The notes below the pieces were generated by a model that saw only the letters and a list, made by a program, of their open reading frames with translations, searched no databases and was not told the DNA's origin. DNA of 64,000 nucleotides, taken from the NCBI GenBank assembly GCA_018814025.1, contig JAHJAM010000025.1, forward strand, positions 2,530-66,529. Direction: 5' to 3'. Both the position numbers and the translations under genes were made by a program. Position 1 is the first letter of the stretch. Each line of letters opens with the position of its first letter. This document shows, in pieces, positions 51,036 through 61,253 of the stretch. The stretch is from Patescibacteria group bacterium. Lineage in GTDB: Bacteria; Patescibacteriota; Patescibacteriia; UBA9934; GWF2-40-263.

Positions 51036-52355
51036 TCAGAGTAAATCTTTAATGGTTTTAACGATTTTGACTTCGAGCTTGGTCGGAGTTTTTTGGTGTT
51101 TGGGCACAATGGCGTGTTCGAGGCCAAAGCGCTGGGCTTCGGTTAGGCGTCTTTCCAAATAGGGCACGGATCGAATCTCGCCGCCCAAACCGACTTCGCC
51201 CACAAGCACGGTGGCGGCCTGGCCGATCACGCCTTTTTCCGCGGATAAGATGGCGGCGCAAACCGCTAAATCCGCGGCCGGTTCTTTGACGGTTAAGCCG
51301 CCGATGACATTAATGTAAATATCCCGCTCGCCCAGCTTGAGGCCGGCGTGTTTGGATAAAATCGCGCTCAACATCTGTAGGCGATTTTGGTCAAAGCCGG
51401 AGGCGCGGCGAATCGGGTTGCCGTACGCGGTTTTTTCCACTAAAGCTTGGATTTCCACCAGAAAGACACGCGAGCCTTCGGCGAGGGCCGTGATGACTGA
51501 GCCGGGCACATTGACTCGTTCTTCCAAAAAACGAGCCGAGGGATTGGCCACGGCTTGCAGGCCGTTTTGAGTCATGGCAAAAACCCCGACTTCGTCAGTG
51601 GAGCCGAAACGGTTTTTGCTGGCGCGAAGCAGGCGGTAAAGATGCTGAGGATCACCCTCGATCGACAAGACCACATCCACTAAGTGTTCGAGCATTTTTG
51701 GACCGGCCACGCTGCCGTCTTTGGTAACTTGGCCGATGAGCAAAATCGGGATGTCCGTGCGCTTGGCCAAATCCAACAATAAACTGGTGGCGTAGCGAAC
51801 CAGGTTGGGACTGCCGGCCGGACTGTCCATTTCCAAGGAGTTCAGGGTTTGGACCGAATCGATAATAGCTAAGCCGGGTTTTTCTTTTTCAATGGCCGAG
51901 ATCAAGCTTTCGATCGGGTAGGGCTCGAGAAAGTTGATGTGCTCAAGCGAGGCGGCCAAACGAGAAAATCTTTGCGCCAGTTGATGCGCGGATTCTTCGC
52001 CGGAAATATAAAGCACCGGTTTATCTTTTTGACTAATGTTTCCGGCTAAGGATGTCACTAAGGTAGATTTGCCAATGCCGGGTTCGCCGGAAATTAAAGT
52101 TAAGCTGCCAGGAACCAAGCCACCACCTAAAACGCGATCCACTTCCGGATCGCCGGTTGAGAGGCGCTCGGGCCGGCGGGTTTGCTCAAGATCAAAAAGC
52201 CGCGCGCTGGTCGGCGCCGCGGCTTTATTCTTTAGGGGTTTCAGAGCCGGGACAACCGTTTCCTCCTGTTCAATTAGAGTGCCCCATTTGCCGCACTGGT
52301 CGCAACGGCCGGACCATTTGGCGGATTGGGCATCGCAATAGGTGCAATGATGCAT
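51036..52355 (-). CDS. radA: DNA repair protein RadA/Sms
   Basis: C4 zinc finger, GEPGIGKS, KNRFG. Confidence 0.96.
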   Translation of the reverse strand: MHHCTYCDAQSAKWSGRCDQCGKWGTLIEQEETVVPALKPLKNKAAAPTSARLFDLEQTRRPERLSTGDPEVDRVLGGGLVPGSLTLISGEPGIGKSTLVTSLAGNISQKDKPVLYISGEESAHQLAQRFSRLAASLEHINFLEPYPIESLISAIEKEKPGLAIIDSVQTLNSLEMDSPAGSPNLVRYATSLLLDLAKRTDIPILLIGQVTKDGSVAGPKMLEHLVDVVLSIEGDPQHLYRLLRASKNRFGSTDEVGVFAMTQNGLQAVANPSARFLEERVNVPGSVITALAEGSRVFLVEIQALVEKTAYGNPIRRASGFDQNRLQMLSAILSKHAGLKLGERDIYINVIGGLTVKEPAADLAVCAAILSAEKGVIGQAATVLVGEVGLGGEIRSVPYLERRLTEAQRFGLEHAIVPKHQKTPTKLEVKIVKTIKDLL

Positions 52356-52360
52356 AAGGT

Positions 52361-53686
52361 TTATTTGCAGGTCGTGGACATTTTGGGTTTTTCAAAATGC
52401 CAAGGCTCGGAGCTGAGCACGCAGAAGCCCTGGGCTTTCATTTCCGCAATCAGCGTGGCTTGGCAGGCATTGGCAAAACAGGCAGACAAGTCGCCCAAGC
52501 ATTCTTTTTGGCTGATGCAAGGAATCCATTTATCTTCATACTTTTCCGCGGCCCAAATGTCAACGGCTCGGGCCGTGGTGTGCGGGCAATTTTTCGGGTC
52601 GAGATTTTTTAAAATGCAGGTTGAGGGCCGGTTCGGTTTTCGATTGCAGGTGGCTGAGCCGGGCTCGTTTTGACAATTTTGTCTGATCAAAGCGATTTGC
52701 TTTTCCACCGAACGGAAACCGGAAGAAATATACAGCCCATAGTTTTTTCCGTTCAAGTTGCCGGCGGCTTGTTCCACGGCTTGGGCGGCCTCTTGAGTGA
52801 TCAGCGAACCGGCGGGCTTGGGATTGAGAATATTGGCGCCGGCCGCGTTGCGCAAATCCGCGGGCGGAGCCAGGCCGCTGATCGAATTTTCTTCGCCTTC
52901 GCCAAAAGGCAGGCCCGGGGCCGAAGCCACTTGCTGGACGATAACCGGACGCAATAAGGTCAATTCCGGATTCACGGTATAAAGAATGGCGTAGGTGCCC
53001 AAGAGCAGAACGAAACCGATCACGGCGTTGGAAATGCGAGTCTTGGCTTCGCCGGCATCGCCGCGGCCGGCGGATAAAACATACTGCAGCCCGCCAATCA
53101 TGACCATAACGATGGCAATGGTTAAGGAAGCGCCGATCAGCCACTGATAGACAGAGGAAAAATATTCGCCAATGAAGTCGATAGAAAGTTTATTGCCTTT
53201 GCGCAAAGGCTCGGAAAAGCTCAAGCCGGGAATGGGCACGGCCAGTTGGGGCGTTTGGTAGGGCACGATTTTGATTTCCGCGTTGGGATCGGTTTGCACT
53301 CCGGAAAAGCTGCGCTGTTCGCATTCGGCCAGGGCGTTTTTTTACGCGGTCGGGGCGGTGCTTGGGTCAGCGATAAACAGTTGATTGATAAAACTGACGT
53401 CGTAGTATTTTTTGTCGATGCGCAAGCCCACGTCATTGGGACAGGCGACGTTGCAATAATATAATCCCTGATCCGCGCCGGGTTCGGAAACCGGAGTCAC
53501 GACTTGGCAATATTTGCCAATTTCATCTTTAAAGTTCGCGTCGTCAACTCGGAAATAACAAAGACAGCGCGCATTGACTGCTTGCGCTCGGGCGACCGGG
53601 GCGGCGGAAAGAAACAAAAGACCGAACAGTCCGATGAGCACGGGTCCGAGCATTAGGAGTTTAAGGGTTTTGGCGGTTGGCGACAT
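52361..53686 (-). pseudogene. Cys-domain + pilin-like (TrbC/VirB2) + M15B/VanY D,D-peptidase fusion interrupted by one in-frame TAA
   Basis: ORFs 53342-53686 and 52361-53299 share a frame; SGFRS, HTTARAVD, EPWHF motifs; paralog of 53691-55067. Confidence 0.75.
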
Positions 53687-53690
53687 GAAT

Positions 53691-55067
53691 TTAACGTTTG
53701 ATGCAAGTTAGAACCGGGCCCGCGCCTTTGAAAGTGACGTGAATGTGCGGGCCGGAGGTATTGCCGGATTGTTCAATGGTTTGGCAGCCGCAGTCTTCTC
53801 GGCTGAAGGGGTCGTCGCAAGGGGTGCCGGTTTGATTGCACCAGCCGTTTTCCGCAGCTTTCCACCCATCCGGCGGCGTTTCGCCTTGGCAGCAGCGGCC
53901 GCCCACGTGGCCGATCAGTTCGCCTTGAATGACGGAATCGCCATCAGCCAGAGGAGTGCCGTCGCCGCGAATGAAATCTTTCACATGGCAGATGTAGGCG
54001 ACGGCGCCGCTGCTTTTGATGGTTAAAGTATTGCCGCAAGGATTATCCGCTTCGCTTCTTTTTAAAACCGTGACCGTGCCGCTGAAGGGGGAGCGGATCG
54101 GGGAATCCCAGGGCGCGACCCAGTCAATGGATTTAATATTTTGCCATTGGTAGTTTTGATCCCGGAAATGGTAGTTGCAGGATTCTTTTTGTCCGGTGGG
54201 CGAGGTGAAGCCGCCGGCCAATTTACACTGATCTTGGTTTTGCTGGGCCAAGGCATAGGCTTGATCGCAGTTGCTGCCCGCCCCGCTGGTTAAATCGCCT
54301 TCGTTGCCCACGGTTTCCATGGCCAAGACCGGATCAATAGTTTTCAAGCGCAGCGGACCCAGCACGGTCAATTCCGGATTAACCGTGTAAAGAATAATGT
54401 AAGTGCTCAAGAGCAGAATCAAGCCGATGACCGCATTGGTGATTCGGGTTTTGGCCGCGCCCACGTCGCCGCGGCCGGCGGATAAAACATATTGCAGGCC
54501 GCCGATCATGATCATGACAATGGCGATGGTGAGCGAGGCGCCGAGCAGCCATTGGTAGACGCCGGAAATGTATTGGCCGATAAAATCAATGGTCAGGTAT
54601 TGGCCTTGCTTGAGAGGTTCGCTGAAAGAAAGATTGGGAATGGCCACGCCCAGCACCGGAACGGTGAATTTTTTCGTGCCGGCCACATTGCCGGCCACGG
54701 CGGAAAAAGCGCGATTGGCGCAATCCCGCTGGGCTTGGTTGTAAGCCGGGTCAGCCACGTCTCCGAGGAATTGAACGATGTTGAGATCGAGCGCGTAGCG
54801 GGGATCGGTGACGAACAGTTTGAGTTTTGCCTCGCAGGCTTCACGGCAAAATTTATCCGGATTGGCCGGCTGTTGATTCAGACCAGTGGCAAATTCTTGG
54901 CAGTGGGTGCCGATTTGCTGGCTTGTGTCCGCGTAGGAGACTTTGAAATTACACAAGCAAGCCGTGTCCGCGGCTTGGGCCAGAGACGGGGCGGCCAAAA
55001 ATAGGCTCAGCAGCAGGCCGAGCAGAATCGGACTGATTAATTTACGGCCGCAAGGCATTTTCCACAT
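53691..55067 (-). CDS. Cys-domain + pilin-like two-TM domain + M23-like peptidase fusion
   Basis: Signal peptide, IGGLQYVLSAG...AKTRITNAVIGLILLL..Y.IL..VNP, C-terminal GNTSGPHIH. Confidence 0.8.
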   Translation of the reverse strand: MWKMPCGRKLISPILLGLLLSLFLAAPSLAQAADTACLCNFKVSYADTSQQIGTHCQEFATGLNQQPANPDKFCREACEAKLKLFVTDPRYALDLNIVQFLGDVADPAYNQAQRDCANRAFSAVAGNVAGTKKFTVPVLGVAIPNLSFSEPLKQGQYLTIDFIGQYISGVYQWLLGASLTIAIVMIMIGGLQYVLSAGRGDVGAAKTRITNAVIGLILLLSTYIILYTVNPELTVLGPLRLKTIDPVLAMETVGNEGDLTSGAGSNCDQAYALAQQNQDQCKLAGGFTSPTGQKESCNYHFRDQNYQWQNIKSIDWVAPWDSPIRSPFSGTVTVLKRSEADNPCGNTLTIKSSGAVAYICHVKDFIRGDGTPLADGDSVIQGELIGHVGGRCCQGETPPDGWKAAENGWCNQTGTPCDDPFSREDCGCQTIEQSGNTSGPHIHVTFKGAGPVLTCIKR

Positions 55068-55695
55068 AAGAGATAAGGCTGGCGGTTGAAAGGGCGCCGG
55101 CGTAAGACCGTTGATTGATAAAGAGGGTGGGGGTGGCGGTTAAGCCCAGGGCTTGGGCTTCGGCCAAATCCCGTTCAATGACGGGCAAAGGATCTTGCTG
55201 ATCAACGCAGCGCGCGAAGGAGTCCAAATCCAACCCGAGTTCTTGAGCCATGACCATGAATTGATCTTGAGATAATTGGTTTTGCCGAGCGAATAATAAA
55301 TCATGATAAGGCCAGAATTGATTTTGCTGGTCCGCGCAATGAGCGGCCACGGCCGCGGGCGAGGCCAGGGGGTGCAGGGATTGGTTGGGCAGATTTTTCC
55401 AAACGATTTGAACTTGAGTCGGATAGGTTTGATGCACGGTGGCGAGCGAAGCGGCCAGCTGTTGGCAGGCGGAACATAAAAAATCAGAAAAGACGAGAAT
55501 CTTGACCGGAGCCTGCAGACTACCCAGGGCCGGATTGATAAATGTGGCCGTGGGCAAGCCGTTGCCCGAGTTTTCTAAAGCCGCGATTTTATCCGCCAGC
55601 GGCGCGCGAATCGGCAGGAGATGGAAAATAAACAGGACAAAAATAATCACCGTGGTGACGCCGAGGGATAAGAAGATAAGCCATTTGTGCGGCAT
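55042..55695 (-). CDS. DsbA family thiol-disulfide oxidoreductase
   Basis: FSDFLCSAC, ATPTLFIN, N-terminal TM. Confidence 0.88.
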   Translation of the reverse strand: MPHKWLIFLSLGVTTVIIFVLFIFHLLPIRAPLADKIAALENSGNGLPTATFINPALGSLQAPVKILVFSDFLCSACQQLAASLATVHQTYPTQVQIVWKNLPNQSLHPLASPAAVAAHCADQQNQFWPYHDLLFARQNQLSQDQFMVMAQELGLDLDSFARCVDQQDPLPVIERDLAEAQALGLTATPTLFINQRSYAGALSTASLISYVENALRP

Positions 55696-55707
55696 AGGGG
55701 GAGGCGT

Positions 55708-56919
55708 TTATTTGAGTTTGAGACTGCTAAGCTGGCCGGAAACCGCATCCGTGAAATACAAGGTGCGGCCGTCGCCGCTGACCGTGAGATTTTCCATGGC
55801 CAGGTTTTGCGTGGGGATGGCCAGCAAGCTGGTGCGGCCGGTGGCCAGATCAACCTGATAGAGATTGTCCGGCAGGTTGCGGTACAGGGTGCGCTGAAAG
55901 CCGGCGTTGGTAGGCAGGTTTTGGGGCACGGCGCAGTAGGCTTCGGAATTGGAAGTGAAAGTGCATTTATCCGCCCAAGTATTCAGGCCCAGGCTGCGGC
56001 GGTTTTCACCCATGGTGGCCGGGCTGGCATCAACAATCCAGAGCAAAGGCTTTTCGCCGCTGTAAGCGCCGGAAGCCGAATATAGGAGCTGGCGGCCGTC
56101 CGGGGACCAGTTGGGCAAGAAACCCAAGCCTTCAATGATTAATCCTTTGTAGTTTTCGTGATTTTGGCCGATGGGCAGGATCATTTTTCGATCCAAGCCG
56201 CCGCTTAACGGTTCGGCCGTGTCCGCGAAGGCGATTACTTTATTGCTGGGCGACCAGCTGACTTGAACTTTATCCGCATTTAAGCCCAAGGCTTGAACAG
56301 CTTTGACATTGGAGCCGTCCGCGTTGCTGGTCACTAGCCAGCGATTGTCCGGATCAACGGCCATGTTTTTGGCCACGATTTGGTCCGAGCTATCGGAAAA
56401 ATCAAAGTCCTGCCAATGCTTGGGCAGAGTGACTTGCTGCTGGGTGGCAAAGTCGTAAACGATATTGGAGCCGTCCGGAAATTCAATAATGGCTTTATTG
56501 GCGTCCCCGTTCCAGACTACATTTTCGGCTTGCGGGAATTGCTGTTCAGATAAGCTGATCACATTGCCTTGGTCGTCGATTTGGTAAAAGCGGCCGTCGT
56601 TAGCATCGTAATAGTTGACTTGATTGCCGCTGACGGCGGTGTTGCTGACCGCGGAAGAGGTGAGAGTGGTGGTTTGCGTTTCGCGTCCTTGGGCCACGGT
56701 ATCGGCCAAGCTAACGCCGGCTCCGGGCGCAACTGGGATGGGCGAGCCTTCGCCGGCCGTGGGCAGATCCGGGGTTTCAGTGGCCGGCGGGGCCACGATT
56801 TCTTCGGGCGGGGTTTCAATCACCCCGCGGAAAAAGGCGAAGTAAAGGCCGGCGCCAATCAGGAGGATGGAGCCGATGAAGGCCACGATCATTAAAATTT
56901 GTTTCGTTTGGTCATTCAT
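55708..56919 (-). CDS. membrane-anchored beta-propeller-like (TolB-type repeat) protein
   Basis: N-terminal TM, WSP/SPDG motifs, TWADKC...YCAVP. Confidence 0.7.
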   Translation of the reverse strand: MNDQTKQILMIVAFIGSILLIGAGLYFAFFRGVIETPPEEIVAPPATETPDLPTAGEGSPIPVAPGAGVSLADTVAQGRETQTTTLTSSAVSNTAVSGNQVNYYDANDGRFYQIDDQGNVISLSEQQFPQAENVVWNGDANKAIIEFPDGSNIVYDFATQQQVTLPKHWQDFDFSDSSDQIVAKNMAVDPDNRWLVTSNADGSNVKAVQALGLNADKVQVSWSPSNKVIAFADTAEPLSGGLDRKMILPIGQNHENYKGLIIEGLGFLPNWSPDGRQLLYSASGAYSGEKPLLWIVDASPATMGENRRSLGLNTWADKCTFTSNSEAYCAVPQNLPTNAGFQRTLYRNLPDNLYQVDLATGRTSLLAIPTQNLAMENLTVSGDGRTLYFTDAVSGQLSSLKLK

Positions 56920-56928
56920 AAAATGAAG

Positions 56929-58236
56929 CTAAAAAATAAAGTTGCCAAGATTTTCGAGTAAAAATTGTATGGCTTCGATTGAGCCTTCGGCAGCCATGGC
57001 AATAAAGCCGATAATGATTAAAATCATGGCACCGATGATTAAGACAATTAGCAGAACGATCAGGTCAGCCAGAACAATGGAGGCTCGAGCCAGGGAGTCA
57101 GGCAAGATGGGAATTTTCCAGGCTTGGAAAGAAGGCGGAGACAAGAAGCGACTTTTGCCTTTTTTGACCATTGATCCCCAAATAAGTTGGAGATTGAACC
57201 AAGCCAGACCGAGAATCGTCCCAAAGGAAAAGTCGACCATTAGGGGCAGGAGCGATCGGTCGATTTGATGATTAACCTGGTCGCGCTTGGCGTGTCCGCC
57301 TTTTCGCGCGGCTGATTTTTGAGCTTGTTGTTTTTTATCTTGTTTCGCTTCTTGTTTGGATTGTCGAGTCGCTTGTCTTTGGCTATTGAGTTGGCCTTTG
57401 GCATCTCGCTTGCTCGCGCTTGAAGCCAGCGGATCAGAGGATTGAGGAACAGTTCGCGCGGCTTGTTTATTGGCATTCAACTGTCCGGCCGGATCAGAGG
57501 CTTGAGCCGGCAGATTCAAACTGGGGGTGGGACGAATCGGAGCCGCTTGCGGGGCTTGAGCCAAAGCCTTGCGCTCGCCCAGAGCGGAACCGATTTGACT
57601 CGGTGTTTGACTGCGGTCCTTTGAGCCTTTGCCAGTTGTTTCCATTCCAATATCCGAACTTTTGGTTGGGGCGCGATTATTTCGACGACTGTTTAAATTC
57701 GATGACGAGTTTGGGATCTGATCTTCTTCTTCTTCGTTTTCCCGAGCTTTCAGTTGATTGGCAGTGTCGATTTTAGAACCGGTATCTTTAACGGATTGGC
57801 CGGTTTTTGAAACTGTCTTGCCGGCTTGACGGGCTGCTTGACCGCCAGCTTCCATGCCTTTGCCAGCGGCTTGAGCACCAAGACCAGCACCTTTGGTTAG
57901 GCCGCCGAGACCCATTAATGGAACACCGGCAATAGCACCAATACCAGTGGATGAAAGTGCGGCTCCGGCCGAGGCCATGCCTGCACCGGCTGCGCCCATG
58001 CCTTTTCCAGCCATTTGGGCGCCGCGGCCGCCGGCTTGAACAGCTCCACCGGCGACTTGCATGCCAGTTCCAGCCACTTGCATCCCTGTTCCAGCCGCTT
58101 TCATTCCGGTGGCGGCAGTTTGAGCGGTTCTTTGGGTAACTTGGGGATGGTGATTTTGTTGAGCCAAAAATTGCTGCTGCCTTAAACGGGCTGCCATTTC
58201 GCTTTGTTGGGCATATTGTGTGGCAGCTTCAGCCAT
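56929..58236 (-). CDS. hypothetical protein with Gly/Ala heptad repeats and C-terminal TM segments
   Basis: (A/V)AGTGMQ-type repeats, GIGAIAGVPL, hydrophobic C-terminus. Confidence 0.65.
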   Translation of the reverse strand: MAEAATQYAQQSEMAARLRQQQFLAQQNHHPQVTQRTAQTAATGMKAAGTGMQVAGTGMQVAGGAVQAGGRGAQMAGKGMGAAGAGMASAGAALSSTGIGAIAGVPLMGLGGLTKGAGLGAQAAGKGMEAGGQAARQAGKTVSKTGQSVKDTGSKIDTANQLKARENEEEEDQIPNSSSNLNSRRNNRAPTKSSDIGMETTGKGSKDRSQTPSQIGSALGERKALAQAPQAAPIRPTPSLNLPAQASDPAGQLNANKQAARTVPQSSDPLASSASKRDAKGQLNSQRQATRQSKQEAKQDKKQQAQKSAARKGGHAKRDQVNHQIDRSLLPLMVDFSFGTILGLAWFNLQLIWGSMVKKGKSRFLSPPSFQAWKIPILPDSLARASIVLADLIVLLIVLIIGAMILIIIGFIAMAAEGSIEAIQFLLENLGNFIF

Positions 58237-58287
58237 ATAAAGATGAAGTTATTTTACCACATAAAAACCGCTCTTTCGAGCGGTTTT

Positions 58288-59184
58288 TTATACACCGATT
58301 TGGCGGAGTTTTTTGATGCGCTCCATGATGGGCGGGTGCGTGGAAAACAGGTGTTCAAATTTTTTGGTCACGTAGGGATCAAAGGGGTTGGCGATGAACA
58401 AATGGGCCGTGGCGTGGTTGGCATTTTTCAGGGGGCGATCGTGCTGGGCGATTTTTTCCAAGGCTCGGGCCAGGCCTTCGGGGTAGCGGGTCAGCAAGGC
58501 GCCGGAAGCATCGGCCAAGTATTCGCGCGAGCGGGAAACCGCCAGTTTAATCAGCTCGGCGATGAACGGGGAAAGCACGGCCAGAATCAAGCCAGCCAAG
58601 AATAAGAACATGGCCAATTGGCCGGCTTCATCATTGGAACGGCGGCCGCGGCTAAATAGAAAAGTGCGCATCAGCCAATCCGAAAGCAAGAGAATCACGC
58701 CGACTAAAACAATGACGATCGTCATGACGCGGATATCGTAGTTTTTGATGTGGGCCAGTTCATGGGCAATCACGCCTTCGAGTTCGAGTTTATCCATGAT
58801 TTGGATCAAGCCTGTGGTCAGAGCCAGGGAAGCGTGGGCCGGATCGCGGCCCGTGGCAAAAGCATTGGGCGAAGGGTCGTTGATGACATAAACTTTGGGC
58901 ATGGGCAGGCCGGCGGCGATGGTCAGGTTTTCCACGATCAGATAAACCTGAGGCAAGTCGCGCTTTTGGATTTGCTTGGCGCCGGTGGAGATTAAGGCCA
59001 CGGAATCGCCTTTAAAATAACCAAACAAAGTCATGACCGTGGCAATGATGGCGGCCGCGATCAAGCCGGCTTCGGCCGAGCCCGTGTACTGGCCGAAGAT
59101 CCAGCCTAACAAAAGGATGACCACCGCGAAGATGGCCATCAGAAAAATTGTTTTTCGTTTGTTGCGGGCGATTTCGGAGTACAT
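58288..59184 (-). CDS. htpX: M48 zinc metalloprotease HtpX
   Basis: PNAFATG, HELAH, SRSREYLAD, FSTHPP. Confidence 0.95.
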   Translation of the reverse strand: MYSEIARNKRKTIFLMAIFAVVILLLGWIFGQYTGSAEAGLIAAAIIATVMTLFGYFKGDSVALISTGAKQIQKRDLPQVYLIVENLTIAAGLPMPKVYVINDPSPNAFATGRDPAHASLALTTGLIQIMDKLELEGVIAHELAHIKNYDIRVMTIVIVLVGVILLLSDWLMRTFLFSRGRRSNDEAGQLAMFLFLAGLILAVLSPFIAELIKLAVSRSREYLADASGALLTRYPEGLARALEKIAQHDRPLKNANHATAHLFIANPFDPYVTKKFEHLFSTHPPIMERIKKLRQIGV

Positions 59185-59247
59185 AGAGAGGGAGAAAGTA
59201 GAAAGTAGAGAGTAGAAAGTGAACGAAACACCTTCTACTTTCTACTT

Positions 59248-59802
59248 TTAAAATTTGACCTGCGGGGGCTCATTCACGATATCCGGAGCGTCGAAGAAAG
59301 CATATTTCTTAAAGCCCAGCAGATTGCCGATGAGGTTGGTGGGGAAGACTTGCAGCTTGGTGTTGAAGTCGCGGACATTGCCGTTGTAGAAGCGGCGGGA
59401 AGCTTGAATTTTATCTTCCGCGTCAGCCAATTCTTGTTGAAGATGAAGGAAGTTTCCCGCGGCTTGCAGGGCCGGGTATGATTCGGCCACGGCAAACAAG
59501 GATTTCAAGGTTTGGGAAAGCGCGTTTTCCGCTTGGGCATGAGCCTCCGGGGTGGTGGCTTGCATGGCTTGCGAACGAGCTTGAGTGACTTTGGTGAACA
59601 CGCCTTCTTCGTGCTGGGCATAGGCTTTGACCGTCTCCACAATGTTGGGAATGAGGTCATAGCGGCGTTTTAATTGGACTTCGATGACGGACCAGGCTTC
59701 ATCGGTGCGGTTGCGTGAGAGGATTAAGCCGTTGTATGTTAGAATTAACCAGCCGGCGACAACAACAATGACGCCAAGGACGATCCAGAGAGCTATCATC
59801 AT
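59248..59802 (-). CDS. lemA: LemA family protein
   Basis: QLKRRYDLIPN, AVAESYP, RRFYN, FPTN. Confidence 0.95.
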   Translation of the reverse strand: MMIALWIVLGVIVVVAGWLILTYNGLILSRNRTDEAWSVIEVQLKRRYDLIPNIVETVKAYAQHEEGVFTKVTQARSQAMQATTPEAHAQAENALSQTLKSLFAVAESYPALQAAGNFLHLQQELADAEDKIQASRRFYNGNVRDFNTKLQVFPTNLIGNLLGFKKYAFFDAPDIVNEPPQVKF

Positions 59803-59871
59803 AAAAAATTAGTATTAGGGTTTAAGATTAGTTAAACTTTACGTAAATTCAGCATAAAAGTCAATAAATAT

Positions 59872-61215
59872 ATGGAATTCCCCGAAGAAATATTTCGTTC
59901 CTATGATATCCGCGGCACCGTGGATCAATTAAGTCCGGAATTAGCGTATCGAGTCGGGCAGGCGATGGTGAAAATGACCGGGGCGAAGAAAGTGGTGGTG
60001 GGCTATGACATGCGAGCCACCAGTCCGGAGTTGGCGCAAAAGGCGATTGAGGGGATTACCTCAATGGGCGCGAACGTGGTCAACATCGGCCAAGCCACTA
60101 CGCCGCTGTTGAACTTTGCTTTATCTTATTATCCGGATCATGAGGCCGGGCTGATGGTCACGGCCTCGCATAACCCGGCCGAATATAACGGTTTTAAAAT
60201 GATGCGCGGGGATGCCATGCCGATTAGCGGGAAGGAGGTTCAAAAGTTAATAAAAGAAGAGGAGGTAGGGGAAGAGGTAGGTAGGGTGAAAGGGGAAGTG
60301 ACTACTAAAGAAGTAGTTGATGAGTATTTGGATTACGTGGTGAAGAAAGCCGCGGCGCCGGATTTGAAAGGAATGAAAGTGGTGATTGATGCGGGCAACG
60401 GCATGAGCGAGGTGGTGCTGCCGAAATTGTTTGCGCGCTTGGCCTGCGAAATGATCCCCATGTATTTTGAACCGGACGGCACTTTTCCCAATCATGAAGC
60501 CAATCCGATCAAGCTTGAAACTTTGACGGATTTGAAAAAGAAAGTGCTGGCGGAAAAGGCGGATTTGGGCATTGCTCTGGACGGGGACGGGGATCGAGTG
60601 ATTTTTGTGGATGAAAAAGGCGACCATATCAATGGCGACGTGATGCTGGCGATTTTGGCTGATTCACGTTTGAAGGGAAATCCGGAAAGGCCGGTGGTGT
60701 GGAGCGCGAACGCCAGCTGGGCGGTGCGGGACGCGATTGAGGCGAACCGGGGCTTGAGCATTATGGAAAAAGTCGGGCGCACCAATATTATCAAGCGCGT
60801 GAAAAAAGAAGCGGCCGTGATTGGCGGGGAAGTATCAGCCCATTATTTTTATCCGGAGTTTTCCGGCTTGGAATCAACGGATTTTACGATTCTGCTGGTC
60901 TTAAAGCTGTTGAAGAAGTCCGGGGGGCCAATGTCTGAACTGGTCAAGCCGTTTGCCAAGTATGTGATTTCCGGGGAAATTAATTTTGCAGTGAAGGATA
61001 AGGAAGCGGCGATTGAATCATTAGGGAAAAAGTATAAGGGCCAAGCCCTTGAGATTAGCACTTTGGATGGGATTCGAGCGGAATTTAAGGACTGGTGGTT
61101 CAATATTCGACCGTCCAATACCGAGCCTTTGATTCGTTTGAATTTAGAAGCCAAGAGCCAAGAATTGATGGCCACGAAACGAGACGAGATCGCGGCTTTC
61201 ATCAAGAGCCTTTAA
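59872..61215 (+). CDS. phosphomannomutase/phosphoglucomutase
   Basis: FRSYDIRG, TASHNP, DGDGDR, GEVSAH, RPSNTEP. Confidence 0.95.
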   Translation: MEFPEEIFRSYDIRGTVDQLSPELAYRVGQAMVKMTGAKKVVVGYDMRATSPELAQKAIEGITSMGANVVNIGQATTPLLNFALSYYPDHEAGLMVTASHNPAEYNGFKMMRGDAMPISGKEVQKLIKEEEVGEEVGRVKGEVTTKEVVDEYLDYVVKKAAAPDLKGMKVVIDAGNGMSEVVLPKLFARLACEMIPMYFEPDGTFPNHEANPIKLETLTDLKKKVLAEKADLGIALDGDGDRVIFVDEKGDHINGDVMLAILADSRLKGNPERPVVWSANASWAVRDAIEANRGLSIMEKVGRTNIIKRVKKEAAVIGGEVSAHYFYPEFSGLESTDFTILLVLKLLKKSGGPMSELVKPFAKYVISGEINFAVKDKEAAIESLGKKYKGQALEISTLDGIRAEFKDWWFNIRPSNTEPLIRLNLEAKSQELMATKRDEIAAFIKSL

Positions 61216-61253
61216 GATTTGCGGAAGGGGAGGAAAACTAGTAAAATTGGTTC

